From NCBI GenBank assembly GCA_963823555.1, contig CAWGMA010000001.1, positions 608,001-672,000 of the forward strand: a stretch of DNA of 64,000 nucleotides, written 5' to 3'. Under the pieces are notes generated by a model, which saw only the letters and a list, made by a program, of their open reading frames with translations, searched no databases and was not told the DNA's origin. Shown in pieces: positions 10,630-20,752 of the stretch. Position numbers and translations under genes: made by a program. The DNA comes from Candidatus Eiseniibacteriota bacterium (lineage in GTDB: Bacteria > Eisenbacteria > RBG-16-71-46 > CAVPCR01). The stretch's first letter is position 1; each line of letters starts with the position of its first letter.

Positions 10630-11520
10630 GTGACGAGCACGCCGGGCGAAGCTCGGGGATCGGGAGCCATCGCCGGCGACACCGCCGTGACCGGGATCAT
10701 TGGACGACCCGTGGCCCACAGCCTCTCGCCGGCGCTACAGAATGCCGCCTTCGCCGCGCTCGGCCTCAACTGGGTCTATATCGCCCTGGACGTCGATCCA
10801 GAAGAACTCGTCCCGGCGCTTCGCGGTGTGCGCGCCCTGGGCTTCAGGGGCTTGAACGTGACGGCGCCGCACAAGGTAGCGGCGGCCATGCTGGTCGACC
10901 GCCTGGATGGAACGGCGGCCGCGCTCGGGCTCGTCAATACCATCGTCTTCACCCGCGGCGAGGCGGTCGGCCATTCCACCGACGGCGTCGGGTTTGTGGC
11001 TGCGTGCAAGGACCACGGCGTCGAGATCGAGCCCGGCCTGAGGGCCGTCGTGGTGGGGGCGGGTGGAGCCGGTATGAGCATCAGCCATGCCTTGCTCGAA
11101 CGCGGGGCGCACGTGGTCCTTGCCAACCGGGACGCGCGACGGCTCTCTCAAGCGGCCGATCGTCTGGTACCGCTGGCAAGCGAGTCGGCGCTGGCAACCG
11201 TCCCGCTTGCAGATCGGCAGTTTCGCGAGGAGCTGTCGCACGCCGACCTCCTCGTCAACGCAACCGCAGATCCTCTTCCGTCCGCCATCGAGATCGAGCG
11301 GCTGCCCCGATCCGCGCGCGTCACCGATCTCGCCTATCGCGTGCCGGCTGCGAGCCTGGTGCCTTCGGCTCGGAGCCGTGGCCTCCAGGCCTGGGACGGC
11401 CTCGGCATGCTCGTCCATCAGGGGGCTCTCAGCTTCACCCTGTGGACCGGCCATGATCCGCCGCTGGCCGCCATGGCCCGTGCGGTCGGTTACACGGGGG
11501 GACCATCTCCCATCTCATGA
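10630..11520 (+). CDS. aroE: Shikimate dehydrogenase
   Basis: HSLSP, NVTAPHK, NT, GAGGAG, GLGMLVHQG. Confidence 0.93.
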   Translation: MTSTPGEARGSGAIAGDTAVTGIIGRPVAHSLSPALQNAAFAALGLNWVYIALDVDPEELVPALRGVRALGFRGLNVTAPHKVAAAMLVDRLDGTAAALGLVNTIVFTRGEAVGHSTDGVGFVAACKDHGVEIEPGLRAVVVGAGGAGMSISHALLERGAHVVLANRDARRLSQAADRLVPLASESALATVPLADRQFREELSHADLLVNATADPLPSAIEIERLPRSARVTDLAYRVPAASLVPSARSRGLQAWDGLGMLVHQGALSFTLWTGHDPPLAAMARAVGYTGGPSPIS

Positions 11521-11555
11521 CTCCGGTGCCGGCGGCGGAGTACTGACACCGTGTC

Positions 11556-11584
11556 TTGCGACTTTGGACCAAGGGCATTATCCT
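11556..11584 (+). promoter_or_regulatory. sigma70-type promoter
   Basis: TTGCGA-17-TATCCT. Confidence 0.5.
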
Positions 11585-11623
11585 CATATGGTCGCCCGAG
11601 CCTCCCACCCACAGAGGTGCACC

Positions 11624-13240
11624 ATGGTCCGCCCCGCGGGACTCCCGGTTTTTCCCTGCCGTCATGACCTGAAAGTTCTCGTCCGCCATCTCCCCCTCGT
11701 GGTTGGCGTCGGGCTTCTCCTCGCAGTCCTCGTTCCCGGAGCCGCCACCGCTGATACGCAGGTCACTGGCGATATCCCGGCTGACGCCACCTGGACCGTG
11801 GCCGGTTCGCCCTACATCGTGGTCGGCAATGTCCGGGTGCTGCCCGGGGTGACGCTCACCATCCGCCCGGGAGTCCAGGTGAAGCTCGACCCCGGGCAGT
11901 CGCTGGTGGTCGACACCGGTGCGCTCCTGGCTCAGGGCACGCCCGATTCGACCATCGTCTTCAAACGCAACCAGGCCGGCCGTTGGGGTGTGATTGCCGG
12001 TTATGATGCCGATCTCACCTTCCGCCACTGCCGCCTCGAGTGGAGCTCATCCGTACCCATCATGTACAACACGGATCATGACGGTATGATCTCCAATGCC
12101 GCCGGCGGCGACACCATCATCGAGGACTGCGTGCTCTCCAACGCGGGCCGTGACGCCACCGAGTTCCAGGGTGGAAGTGTGGTCTTTCGCCGCAACCTGG
12201 TCCAGCACACCTACCGGCAGGGCTTCAACAGCTGGGATCACTGCAACTCGACTGTCGAGGACTGCCGGGTGGTGGATTGCTTCGACGACGCCTACAGCAT
12301 CACCACGGTGAACGCAAACGAGCTCGTCTTCCGCAACAACGTCGCGATCGATGTCGGCGATGACGGTCTCGACATCGATCATTTCGGCGCCCAGGAGCGG
12401 ATCAGCGGCTTCCAGGTCTACCACTGCAACGACAAGGGGATCTCGACCAGCCAGCTCTCGGTTTCGGTCACGGTCGAGAACTCGGTCGTGGCCGATGCCA
12501 ATGAGGGCTTCACCGCGACCGATGACTCGCGATTGAACCTGTACAACTGCGTTGCCTACAACTGCAATCGTGGGTTCGCCTCCTACGAGAGGAACCCGGG
12601 ATACGGCGGCGGCCGCCTCACCATCCGCAACTCGATCGCGTGGAACACGGTGACTCCGGTCTATCTCGACTCCCTGTCGTTTGCCGATGTCTGGTACTCG
12701 ATCCTCGATACGCCAGCGCCCTATCCCGGACTCGGGAACAAGAACGCGGATCCCGGATTCGTGAACGCGGACCAATTCGTCTTCTCCCTGGCTCCCGATT
12801 CCCCGGCCATCGACGCCGGCCTCTCCACCGGGATGCCGCCATTGGACATCCTCGGCAACCCACGCGTCGACGTGCCCTGGGTGCCGGACATGGGCGGGGG
12901 CGCGGTCACCTACTACGACATCGGGGCCTACGAGTTCGTGTCGCTGGCGGCCCCGGTCGCAGACGCGCCCGGCGCTTCCCGATTCCAGCTCAGGGCTGCG
13001 CCGACCCCGGCATCGGGACCGGTGGCGATCGCATTCGACCTGCCCCGAGCCGGCCAGGTCGAGGTCCAGATCTACGACGCGACGGGCCGCGCCATCGAGC
13101 GCCTGCACCGGGGGCCGCTCGCAGCGGGGCAGCACGAGCTCACATGGCTCGGCGCCGGGCATGCCCCCCGCGGGGTCTACTTCGTCCGGCTCACGGCGGG
13201 CGGCGACGAAGCGGTCGAGAAGATCGTGCGCACCCGTTAG
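11624..13240 (+). CDS. Secreted right-handed beta-helix protein with FlgD-Ig/T9SS-like C-terminal domain
   Basis: Signal peptide; WTVAGSPY, DDGLDID, DKGIS, SPAIDAG, DIGAYE; IYDATGR...GVYFVRL. Confidence 0.75.
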   Translation: MVRPAGLPVFPCRHDLKVLVRHLPLVVGVGLLLAVLVPGAATADTQVTGDIPADATWTVAGSPYIVVGNVRVLPGVTLTIRPGVQVKLDPGQSLVVDTGALLAQGTPDSTIVFKRNQAGRWGVIAGYDADLTFRHCRLEWSSSVPIMYNTDHDGMISNAAGGDTIIEDCVLSNAGRDATEFQGGSVVFRRNLVQHTYRQGFNSWDHCNSTVEDCRVVDCFDDAYSITTVNANELVFRNNVAIDVGDDGLDIDHFGAQERISGFQVYHCNDKGISTSQLSVSVTVENSVVADANEGFTATDDSRLNLYNCVAYNCNRGFASYERNPGYGGGRLTIRNSIAWNTVTPVYLDSLSFADVWYSILDTPAPYPGLGNKNADPGFVNADQFVFSLAPDSPAIDAGLSTGMPPLDILGNPRVDVPWVPDMGGGAVTYYDIGAYEFVSLAAPVADAPGASRFQLRAAPTPASGPVAIAFDLPRAGQVEVQIYDATGRAIERLHRGPLAAGQHELTWLGAGHAPRGVYFVRLTAGGDEAVEKIVRTR

Positions 13241-13312
13241 CCCTGGCGAGGAGGCAGCTGAAGCACCGGGTCTGCGAGCGTTCGGCGCGGAGCTTGCATA
13301 TCGCTGCATCCG

Positions 13313-14050
13313 ATGAATCGAGCTCTCGGGGCGGTCCGCGCCGCGGCGACCGTGCTTCTGGATCTCCTGCTGCCGCGCGTCTGCGTGTCCTGCGGTCGTG
13401 GCCTGGGCGGTGCCTCCGGCTCCGCCAGCGATCCTCCGCTCTGTGCATCATGCCTGGCGCATCTCGAGCTTGCCGAGCCGTTTGTCCTCCGCGATCTGCA
13501 AGTTCACGCGCTGTTCCGGCATGCGGGTCCGGCGCGAGATCTCATTCACGTGCTCAAGTACCACGGCCGGCGCGACGTGGCGCGATTCCTGGCCGCTCGC
13601 ATGGCCGAGAACGGCGCCCTTCTTGCGAAGCTATCATCCGATCTCGCTCCGCTCCTGGTACCGGTACCGCTTCACGGGCGCCGCGAGCGTGCTCGCGGCT
13701 ACAACCAGTCCGCCCTCGTGGCGCATGCCCTGGCGGCGCGTTTCCCGGCGATGGTGGTGGCATCGTTGATCGTCCGCCAGCGCTCGACCCGATCGCAGAC
13801 CACCCTCCATCGCGCCAGGCGGGCGGCGAACGTGGCCGGCGCCTTCGCTCCGCTGCCGCTCGGGAGGCGAGCAGGCCCCCGGGATCTGGCCACCCGCCCC
13901 GTGTTCCTCGTCGACGACGTCGTCACCACCGGTGCCACGCTCGTCGCGGCGGCCGACGCTCTGTCCTCGATCACGCGAGCACCGATCGTGGCCCTGGTTG
14001 CCGCCCGGGCGGACGGGGGTGGGGATGACGTGGACGCCAAGTCATCTTGA
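13313..14050 (+). CDS. comF: ComF family phosphoribosyltransferase-like protein
   Basis: CxxC zinc motifs, RGYNQS, LVDDVVTTGATL. Confidence 0.88.
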   Translation: MNRALGAVRAAATVLLDLLLPRVCVSCGRGLGGASGSASDPPLCASCLAHLELAEPFVLRDLQVHALFRHAGPARDLIHVLKYHGRRDVARFLAARMAENGALLAKLSSDLAPLLVPVPLHGRRERARGYNQSALVAHALAARFPAMVVASLIVRQRSTRSQTTLHRARRAANVAGAFAPLPLGRRAGPRDLATRPVFLVDDVVTTGATLVAAADALSSITRAPIVALVAARADGGGDDVDAKSS

Positions 14051-14075
14051 CATTCCTTCTTGGCTCCACTAACTT
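14047..14075 (+). promoter_or_regulatory. sigma70 promoter, probably giving a leaderless mRNA
   Basis: TTGACA-17-TAACTT with ATG 7 nt after the -10. Confidence 0.65.
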
Positions 14076-14081
14076 CCGTTC

Positions 14082-15263
14082 ATGCTTGATTTTAAACCTG
14101 CCGACCGGCTCGCCATGTTGCCGCCCTACCTGTTCGCGGAGATCGATCGCAAGAAGGATCGCCGCCGGGCCAGGGGACTCGATGTGATCGATCTGGGGGT
14201 GGGGGACCCCGACCTGCCAACGCCTCCGGGGATTCTCGAGCGTGTCGCCCGAGAAGCCATGGACCCGGCCCACCATCGCTACCCGCCATCGCAGGGAATC
14301 GGCGCCTTCCGTGAGGCTGTGGGCGCGTGGTATTCCCGACGCCATCAGGTGATCCTGGATCCCGACACCGAGATCACGAACCTCATCGGCTCCAAGGAAG
14401 GCATCGGGCATGTCTCTCTTGCCCTCGTCAATCCGGGAGAGGAGGTGTGGATCCCCGATCCCGGTTACCCCGTCTACCTCTCGGGCACCATCTTCGCGGC
14501 CGGCGCGCCGCGCTTCATGCCGCTGCGCGCCGAGAACGGCTTTCTTCCCGATCTCGACGCGCTCGAGGCCAACGGCGTCGATCGCGGGCGGCTCATCTTC
14601 ATCAACTACCCGAACAATCCGACCGGCGCCGTCGCCCCGCGCGACTTCTACGCGCGCCTGGTTGATCTCGCACACCGCCACCACCTGCTCATCGTGGCCG
14701 ATGCCGCTTACATGGAGCTGGCGGACGAGCCGGCGCCTTCCATCCTCGAGGTGGAAGGTGCCAAGGACGTCGCGATCGAGATCGGATCGTTCTCGAAGAC
14801 ATTCAACATGACCGGATGGCGCATGGGCTGGGCCGCCGGGAATGCGACGGCCATCAAGGCGCTGGTCGCCCTCAAGTCGAACCTCGATTCGGGGTCGCCG
14901 GGAGCGATCCAGATGGCGGCTGTCCACGGCTTCTCGCTGATCGAGGAGCACCTTCCGGCTTTGCTTCGGGTCTATGCCGAGCGCCGGGAGGCCGCGCTCG
15001 CCGGACTCCGCGAGCTCGGGATCGACGTCTTCCCGCCCGGAGGGACCTTCTACGTCTGGGCCCGCGTGCCCGCGGACATGCGCTCGGTGGAGTTCGCCGG
15101 CCGGGTTCTCGACTCGACCGGGGTGGTGGTGACCCCGGGTGTGGGGTTCGGATCCCAGGGAGAGGGCTGGTTCCGGATCGCCCTCTGCTCGGACGTGGCC
15201 CAGGTGCGGGCCGCCATGACGCGGCTCGCGGAGGCCGGACTGTGGGCGCGATCCGTCTCCTGA
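14082..15263 (+). CDS. PLP-dependent class I/II aminotransferase, LL-diaminopimelate aminotransferase-like
   Basis: LPPYLFAEID, NYPNNPTG, DAAY, SFSKTFNMTGWRMG. Confidence 0.85.
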   Translation: MLDFKPADRLAMLPPYLFAEIDRKKDRRRARGLDVIDLGVGDPDLPTPPGILERVAREAMDPAHHRYPPSQGIGAFREAVGAWYSRRHQVILDPDTEITNLIGSKEGIGHVSLALVNPGEEVWIPDPGYPVYLSGTIFAAGAPRFMPLRAENGFLPDLDALEANGVDRGRLIFINYPNNPTGAVAPRDFYARLVDLAHRHHLLIVADAAYMELADEPAPSILEVEGAKDVAIEIGSFSKTFNMTGWRMGWAAGNATAIKALVALKSNLDSGSPGAIQMAAVHGFSLIEEHLPALLRVYAERREAALAGLRELGIDVFPPGGTFYVWARVPADMRSVEFAGRVLDSTGVVVTPGVGFGSQGEGWFRIALCSDVAQVRAAMTRLAEAGLWARSVS

Positions 15264-15643
15264 GCGTCCCCTTTTTCGGCCACCACGGGGTCAGCCGGGC
15301 CGAGCGGGAGGCCGGGACCCTCCTCGAGCTGGACGTGGAGCTCGATCTGGATCTGGAGCCGGCAGCGGCTTCCGATGATGTTCGAGACACGGTAAACTAT
15401 ATGGACGTCCACGAGGAGGTCCGGGGCATTGTCCGGGACGAGCGCTTCAACCTCCTCGAGTCCCTGGCCGCTACCATCGCCGATCAGCTGATCACCCGGT
15501 TCTCCGCCCGGCGAGTGACGGTGCGCATCCGCAAGGTCAACTTGCCGCTCTCCGGTGGGCGAATCGAGGTGGAGCTCACCCGCGAGGCCAAGGCCCGCGG
15601 GCGGACGGCCAGACGTAACATCAAACGAGGCTCGGGAAATTGA
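15242..15643 (+). CDS. folB: Dihydroneopterin aldolase
   Basis: FFGHHGV...E, DTVNY, FNLLESLA, VRIRK. Confidence 0.9.
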   Translation: MGAIRLLSVPFFGHHGVSRAEREAGTLLELDVELDLDLEPAAASDDVRDTVNYMDVHEEVRGIVRDERFNLLESLAATIADQLITRFSARRVTVRIRKVNLPLSGGRIEVELTREAKARGRTARRNIKRGSGN

Positions 15644-16137
15644 CTTCGGTCTTCATCTCCATGGGGTCCAATCTGGGTGACCGTGTCGAGATGCTCCGGC
15701 GCGGGCTCGATGAGCTCGACCAGCTCAACGATACTCAGGTTGTTCGCCTTTCCTCCATCTACGATACGGAGCCGGTGGGAGAGGTGGACCAGCCACGTTT
15801 CCTGAACGCCGTCGTCATGATCGAGACCGAGCTCGAGCCGCAGGTCCTCTTGTGGAATCTGCTCCTCATCGAGCGCAGACTCGGGCGCGTGCGCACCAGG
15901 CGCTGGGGTCCCCGCCCGATCGATCTCGACATCCTCCTCTACGGTGACGACGTGATCGACGAAGAGGGTCTCGTTGTTCCCCACCCCCTGCTCCAGGAGC
16001 GGGCCTTTGTTCTCGTTCCCCTGGCCGAACTCGCCGCGGATCTCGATCATCCCTCGCTGGGACTCACCATAGCTGAGCTGCGCGACCGCCTCCCCACCGA
16101 ACACGGCGTCCGCCGGCGCGGGCGGCTGTCCATCTAG
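15640..16137 (+). CDS. folK: 6-hydroxymethyl-7,8-dihydropterin pyrophosphokinase
   Basis: MGSNLGD, FLNAV, WGPRPIDLDIL, PHP, RAFVLVPL. Confidence 0.95.
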   Translation: MTSVFISMGSNLGDRVEMLRRGLDELDQLNDTQVVRLSSIYDTEPVGEVDQPRFLNAVVMIETELEPQVLLWNLLLIERRLGRVRTRRWGPRPIDLDILLYGDDVIDEEGLVVPHPLLQERAFVLVPLAELAADLDHPSLGLTIAELRDRLPTEHGVRRRGRLSI

Positions 16138-16152
16138 GGGCGGGGGGGGAAG

Positions 16153-16830
16153 GTGGCCGAGGATCAGGTCGCCAACCAGGACGCGAGTCCGCTGCTGAGC
16201 GGTCACATTGCCATCGAAGGCGTCATCGGCGCTGGAAAGACCACGCTGGCCGCGCGGCTCGCTGCCCGCCACGGGGTGGAGCCGGTCCTCGAAGCAGTCG
16301 AGGAAAATCCGTTCCTCAAGTCGTTCTATCGGGACCGCCAGCGCTTCGCCTTCCAGACGCAGCTCTTCTTCCTCCTGTCCCGGCATGCCCAGCAAGTCGA
16401 GCTGAAGCAGCCGGATCTCTTCCGCGAGATCGTGGTCTGTGATTATATCTTCCAGAAGGATCGCATCTTCGCCAACTTGACTCTCTCCGATCACGAGCTG
16501 AACCTGTACAACCGGGTGGCTGGCATCCTCGAGCGCGAGGTGCCGGTGCCGGACAAGGTGGTCTACCTCCAGCATCCGGTCGAGACCCTGCTCGATCGCA
16601 TTCGTGATCGCGGACGTCCTTTCGAGCGCCGCATCGATCGCGACTACATCCGGACGCTCAACGATGCCTACAATCACTTCTTCTTTCACTACGAACTGGC
16701 TCCGGTCCTGATCGTCAACTCGACGCGCGTCGACTTCGACGCTCGTGAGGATGATCTCGAGGACTTGATCCGGGAAATCAAGAGGCACCGCCATGGGATC
16801 GCCTACTACTCGCCAGGCGGCAACACGTAG
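16153..16830 (+). CDS. Deoxynucleoside kinase
   Basis: IAIEGVIGAGKTT, NPFL, QLFFL, RGRPFE. Confidence 0.9.
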   Translation: MAEDQVANQDASPLLSGHIAIEGVIGAGKTTLAARLAARHGVEPVLEAVEENPFLKSFYRDRQRFAFQTQLFFLLSRHAQQVELKQPDLFREIVVCDYIFQKDRIFANLTLSDHELNLYNRVAGILEREVPVPDKVVYLQHPVETLLDRIRDRGRPFERRIDRDYIRTLNDAYNHFFFHYELAPVLIVNSTRVDFDAREDDLEDLIREIKRHRHGIAYYSPGGNT

Positions 16831-16915
16831 GAAGGGGGTTGGGGCGGGTCCTCGCCACGAGGCTCCCGCCGCCGAGGCCCCGACCCGCCCCGCCGCCGGT
16901 CCCGTCGCCCGGCGC

Positions 16916-17707
16916 GTGACGATCGAGGATCTCAGGAAGAAGAAGCAGCACGGTGAGCCGATCGTGATGGTCACCGCCTATGACACGCCCACGGCCCGCA
17001 TCGTCGATCATGCGGGGGTGGATGTGATTCTCGTCGGGGATTCCCTCGGCATGGTGGTCCTGGGCCACGAAACGACGCTCCAGGTCACCATGGAAGACAT
17101 GGTCCGACATACAGCGGCGGCATCCCGGGCCCGGCCCCGCGCTCTCCTCGTGGCCGACATGCCCTTCCTCTCTTTCCAGGTGAGTCCGGAGCGTGCCGTC
17201 GAGAACGCCGGCCGGCTCGTGCGCGAGGGCGGGGCCGACATGGTGAAGCTCGAGGGAGGCCGCGTGGTCCTGCCCGCGGTGGAGGCCATCACCAGGGCTT
17301 CGATCCCGGTCATGGGCCACCTCGGGCTCACTCCCCAGTCCATCCTCCGTTTCGGCGGCTACCGTGTGCAGGGACGGGGCGCCGACGCCGAGGCCGCGAT
17401 CCTCGATGATGCCCGTGCCCTCGTCGATGCGGGAGTGTTCCTGATCGTGCTCGAGGGGATACCCGAATCTCTGGGCCGCAAGATCACCGCGGCGGTACCT
17501 GTCCCCACCATCGGCATCGGCGCCGGCCCCGGCACCAACGGTCAGGTCCTGGTGCTGCACGATCTCGCCGGTATCTCCGAGGCCCCGCTGCCGCGGTTCG
17601 TCAAGCGGTACGGCGAGGTCGGGGAGGCGCTCCTCAAGGCGGTGGAGGGCTTTGCCGCCGAGGTCCGGCGGGGAGACTACCCGGCGCCGGCCCACTCGTA
17701 TGAGTAA
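16916..17707 (+). CDS. panB: 3-methyl-2-oxobutanoate hydroxymethyltransferase (start uncertain; frame open from 16793)
   Basis: TAYD, LVGDSLGM, KLEGG, GHLGLTPQ, IGIGAG. Confidence 0.95.
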   Translation: MTIEDLRKKKQHGEPIVMVTAYDTPTARIVDHAGVDVILVGDSLGMVVLGHETTLQVTMEDMVRHTAAASRARPRALLVADMPFLSFQVSPERAVENAGRLVREGGADMVKLEGGRVVLPAVEAITRASIPVMGHLGLTPQSILRFGGYRVQGRGADAEAAILDDARALVDAGVFLIVLEGIPESLGRKITAAVPVPTIGIGAGPGTNGQVLVLHDLAGISEAPLPRFVKRYGEVGEALLKAVEGFAAEVRRGDYPAPAHSYE

Positions 17708-18632
17708 GGCCGATCGCCGGGCACGGGCCGGGAGACAGCGCGAGCATTCGATGCAGGCGATCCGGGATCCGGCGGCGATGCGCGCCCTGTCGCGGCGGCT
17801 TCGGAGCCGCGGCCACAGGCTGGCGTTCGTCCCCACGATGGGCTACCTCCATCGCGGGCATGTGTCCCTCCTCCGCCGGGCGCGCGAGCTCGGGGATCGG
17901 GTCGTGCTCTCGATCTTCGTCAATCCGCTCCAGTTCGGCCCGCGCGAGGACCTCGCCGCCTACCCCCGGGACGAGCGTCGCGATCTGGCCATCGCCCGGA
18001 GGGCCGGGGTCGACCTGGTCTACATCCCGGATACCCGGGCCATGTATCCGCCAGGCTTTCGCACCGAAGTCACCGTGCCTGATCTCGCTCGCCGGATGTG
18101 CGGTGCTTCCCGGCCGGGCCATTTCCAGGGGGTCTCGACGGTCGTCCTCAAGCTCCTCCATCAGGTCGAGCCGGATCTGCTTCTTCTCGGGCAGAAGGAC
18201 GCTCAGCAAGCCATCGTCATCGGGCGCATGATCCGGGACCTGGATGTGCCGGTCCGTCTCGTTGTCGGCCCCACGGTGCGCGAGCCGGACGGGCTGGCCA
18301 TGAGCTCCCGGAACACCTACCTGACGCCGGAGGAGAGGGCGCAGGCCCCGGCGATCTATGCCGCCCTCCGGGCCGGGGTGGCCGCCCTCGGCGCCGGCGA
18401 GCGCCGGACCCGGGTCGTCCGCCGCGTGATCGCAGCTCGCCTGGGCCAGGCCCCGCTCCTCCGGCCCGAATACGTCGTCCTGGTTGACTTGATCGATCTC
18501 CTTGAGCATGATCACGTTCCGCCCGAAGTCCTGATCGCGGTCGCCGCCCGTCTGGGACGGGCCCGACTGATCGACAACGTGATCGTCCGCATCGGCCGCA
18601 GTCGCCGCCGCGGACCGAATCCCACCCGGTAG
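17700..18632 (+). CDS. panC: Pantoate-beta-alanine ligase
   Basis: VPTMGYLHRGH, SIFVNPLQF, GQKDAQQ, MSSRN, RLIDN. Confidence 0.95.
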   Translation: MSKADRRARAGRQREHSMQAIRDPAAMRALSRRLRSRGHRLAFVPTMGYLHRGHVSLLRRARELGDRVVLSIFVNPLQFGPREDLAAYPRDERRDLAIARRAGVDLVYIPDTRAMYPPGFRTEVTVPDLARRMCGASRPGHFQGVSTVVLKLLHQVEPDLLLLGQKDAQQAIVIGRMIRDLDVPVRLVVGPTVREPDGLAMSSRNTYLTPEERAQAPAIYAALRAGVAALGAGERRTRVVRRVIAARLGQAPLLRPEYVVLVDLIDLLEHDHVPPEVLIAVAARLGRARLIDNVIVRIGRSRRRGPNPTR

Positions 18633-18640
18633 GAGGGTTC

Positions 18641-19558
18641 ATGCCGGCTCGTGCGCTCACCGTCATCTTGGCCGCCGGGGAGGGGAAGCGGATGCACTCC
18701 ATTCTCCCCAAGGTGCTCCACCGGGTCGGCCGCCGTCCGCTGATCGAGCACCTGGTCCAAGCCTCGCTCAAATCCGGCCTGGGCCGGGTGATCGTGGTTG
18801 TCGGCCATCGCCGCGACATGGTGATCGAGGCCCTGGCCGATTATCCGATCGAATACGTCGTGCAGGCCGATCAGCACGGCACCGGTCACGCCCTCCAGAT
18901 CGTGGTGGAAAGCGTGGGCAGCTACGACGGCAGCTGCCTCGTCCTGCCCGGGGATGCGCCCTTTCTCCGGCCCGAGAACATGCGCCGGCTCGTCGAGTTC
19001 CATGAAGAGGGTGACTACGCCGCCACTCTTTTCACCGCAGAGATTCCCGATCCAACCGGTTACGGACGAGTCGTGCGCGATGCCAGTGGCGATGTGGCGC
19101 GCATCGTCGAACACGGTGACGCCTCGCCGGAAGAGCTCGAGATCCACGAGATCAACTCCAGCGTCTACGTCTTCGACTACAGGAAGCTCCGCGAGGTCCT
19201 GACTCAGCTGCGCGGTGAGAACCATCAGGGCGAGCTCTATCTCACGGACACGATTGACTACCTGCGCCGTTCCGGCAGTCGCGTCGGGGCGATCAAGGCC
19301 GAGGATCCGATCGAGGTCATGGGCATCAATGACCATGTGCAGCTCCGCGAGGCCGATCACATCTATCGCGAGCGGCAGCCACCCGAGCCGCCGAAGAAGG
19401 CGCGCCCGCAAGTCAGCTTCGACGAGGACGAAGACGAAGAGGAAATGGAGTTCATGCCCGGCATGGGGGCCGGTGGGGCGAACGGGACTGAAGCTCACCC
19501 CGGACAGAGCGATGGAGTGAGCGAGGCCGAAGAGTCGTCCTCGTCACGCGAGCCCTAG
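18641..19558 (+). CDS. GlmU-like nucleotidyltransferase, N-terminal domain only, with acidic tail
   Basis: LAAGEGKRM, GTGHA, PTGYGR, ELYLTD, MGIND; no hexapeptide repeats follow. Confidence 0.85.
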   Translation: MPARALTVILAAGEGKRMHSILPKVLHRVGRRPLIEHLVQASLKSGLGRVIVVVGHRRDMVIEALADYPIEYVVQADQHGTGHALQIVVESVGSYDGSCLVLPGDAPFLRPENMRRLVEFHEEGDYAATLFTAEIPDPTGYGRVVRDASGDVARIVEHGDASPEELEIHEINSSVYVFDYRKLREVLTQLRGENHQGELYLTDTIDYLRRSGSRVGAIKAEDPIEVMGINDHVQLREADHIYRERQPPEPPKKARPQVSFDEDEDEEEMEFMPGMGAGGANGTEAHPGQSDGVSEAEESSSSREP

Positions 19559-19604
19559 GCGAGGGTGCGGCCACGGCTGTTCCGAGTGACAGGAAGGCAG
19601 GACC

Positions 19605-20129
19605 GTGCAACGTCTCTGGGCCGGCTGGCGCATGAGCTACATCGAGTCGGCACGCACAGGAGAGAGCGGCTGCATCTTCTGCACCAAGCCGGCGGTGGGG
19701 AATGACGAGCAGGAACTCCTGCTCGAGCGCGGGCGGACGTGTTTCACCATGCTGAACGCATTTCCCTACAACACGGGTCATCTCATGGTGGCGCCCCTGC
19801 GGCATGTCGATTCCTTTTCTGGACTCGACGATGATGAGCGCGTCGATCTCCTGACTCTCGTCGGGCGCGCCGAGGAGATCCTGCGCCGGGAATATCGCCC
19901 TCAGGGGTTCAACATGGGAGTCAATCTGGGAGAGGCGGCTGGAGCCGGCGTGCTCGGGCACCTGCACGTTCACGTGGTCCCGCGCTGGAGCGGAGACACC
20001 AACTTCATGGCCGCGATCGGCGAGGCCAGGGTTCTTCCTGAGGCTCTGGGGAGAACCTTCGAAAGGCTGCGCCAGGCGTTGGCGGATCTGGGGCCGGCCG
20101 GCTCATGGCCACCTCCGGTGTCGCCATGA
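19605..20129 (+). CDS. HIT family hydrolase
   Basis: CIFC, PYNTGH, HLHVHVVPRW. Confidence 0.9.
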   Translation: MQRLWAGWRMSYIESARTGESGCIFCTKPAVGNDEQELLLERGRTCFTMLNAFPYNTGHLMVAPLRHVDSFSGLDDDERVDLLTLVGRAEEILRREYRPQGFNMGVNLGEAAGAGVLGHLHVHVVPRWSGDTNFMAAIGEARVLPEALGRTFERLRQALADLGPAGSWPPPVSP

Positions 20130-20719
20130 GCAGGCGGCGACGCGGCCGGAGCGAGAGGCCAGTTCGCGAGGCCGTCCTCGATGCCACGATCGTGACTTTG
20201 AGCATGGTCGTTGGGCTGCTCCTCGTATCCACATTGTGGCGAGGGCTGACGGCGGGTCACAAGGAGCCGAGGAGCGGCATCGATCACCACCAAGCCGCTG
20301 TCGGGGCGACGAGCGAAGACGGTGGCCACCCGGGACCCGCCCGCGGCGCCGCCGCGGCGGACCTCGCCGCTGGCGCGGGCCAGGGCCTTTCGGCTCGCAG
20401 CGTCCCGGAACAGCCGATCCGAGTGCAGGTCCTGAACGGCTGTGGTGTGAATGGAGCCGGCCGCAAGATGACCTCGGTCCTCCGGCAGATGGCCGGGATC
20501 GATGTCGTCGAGATCGGCAACGCGGACACCATGGACTTCGAGGAAACGGTGGTCGTGGATCGGGTTGGGGATGGGGTGGTGGCGCGAGCCGTGGCCCGGG
20601 CGATTGGAGACCCGCCCATCGTTCTGCAGCGCAAAGCGGGGCTTTCCCACGCGGTGACGGTCATCGTGGGGTATGACGGAGGCCGGTGGAAGGGAACCCT
20701 GGCCGGCCAGGTGCCCTGA
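20126..20719 (+). CDS. LytR C-terminal domain membrane protein
   Basis: TM helix, VQVLNGCGVNG, GNAD, VTVIVGYD. Confidence 0.8.
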   Translation: MSRRRRGRSERPVREAVLDATIVTLSMVVGLLLVSTLWRGLTAGHKEPRSGIDHHQAAVGATSEDGGHPGPARGAAAADLAAGAGQGLSARSVPEQPIRVQVLNGCGVNGAGRKMTSVLRQMAGIDVVEIGNADTMDFEETVVVDRVGDGVVARAVARAIGDPPIVLQRKAGLSHAVTVIVGYDGGRWKGTLAGQVP

Positions 20720-20752
20720 CCCCGCCACGTCGGGATCGGGCAAGGAGGGGGC

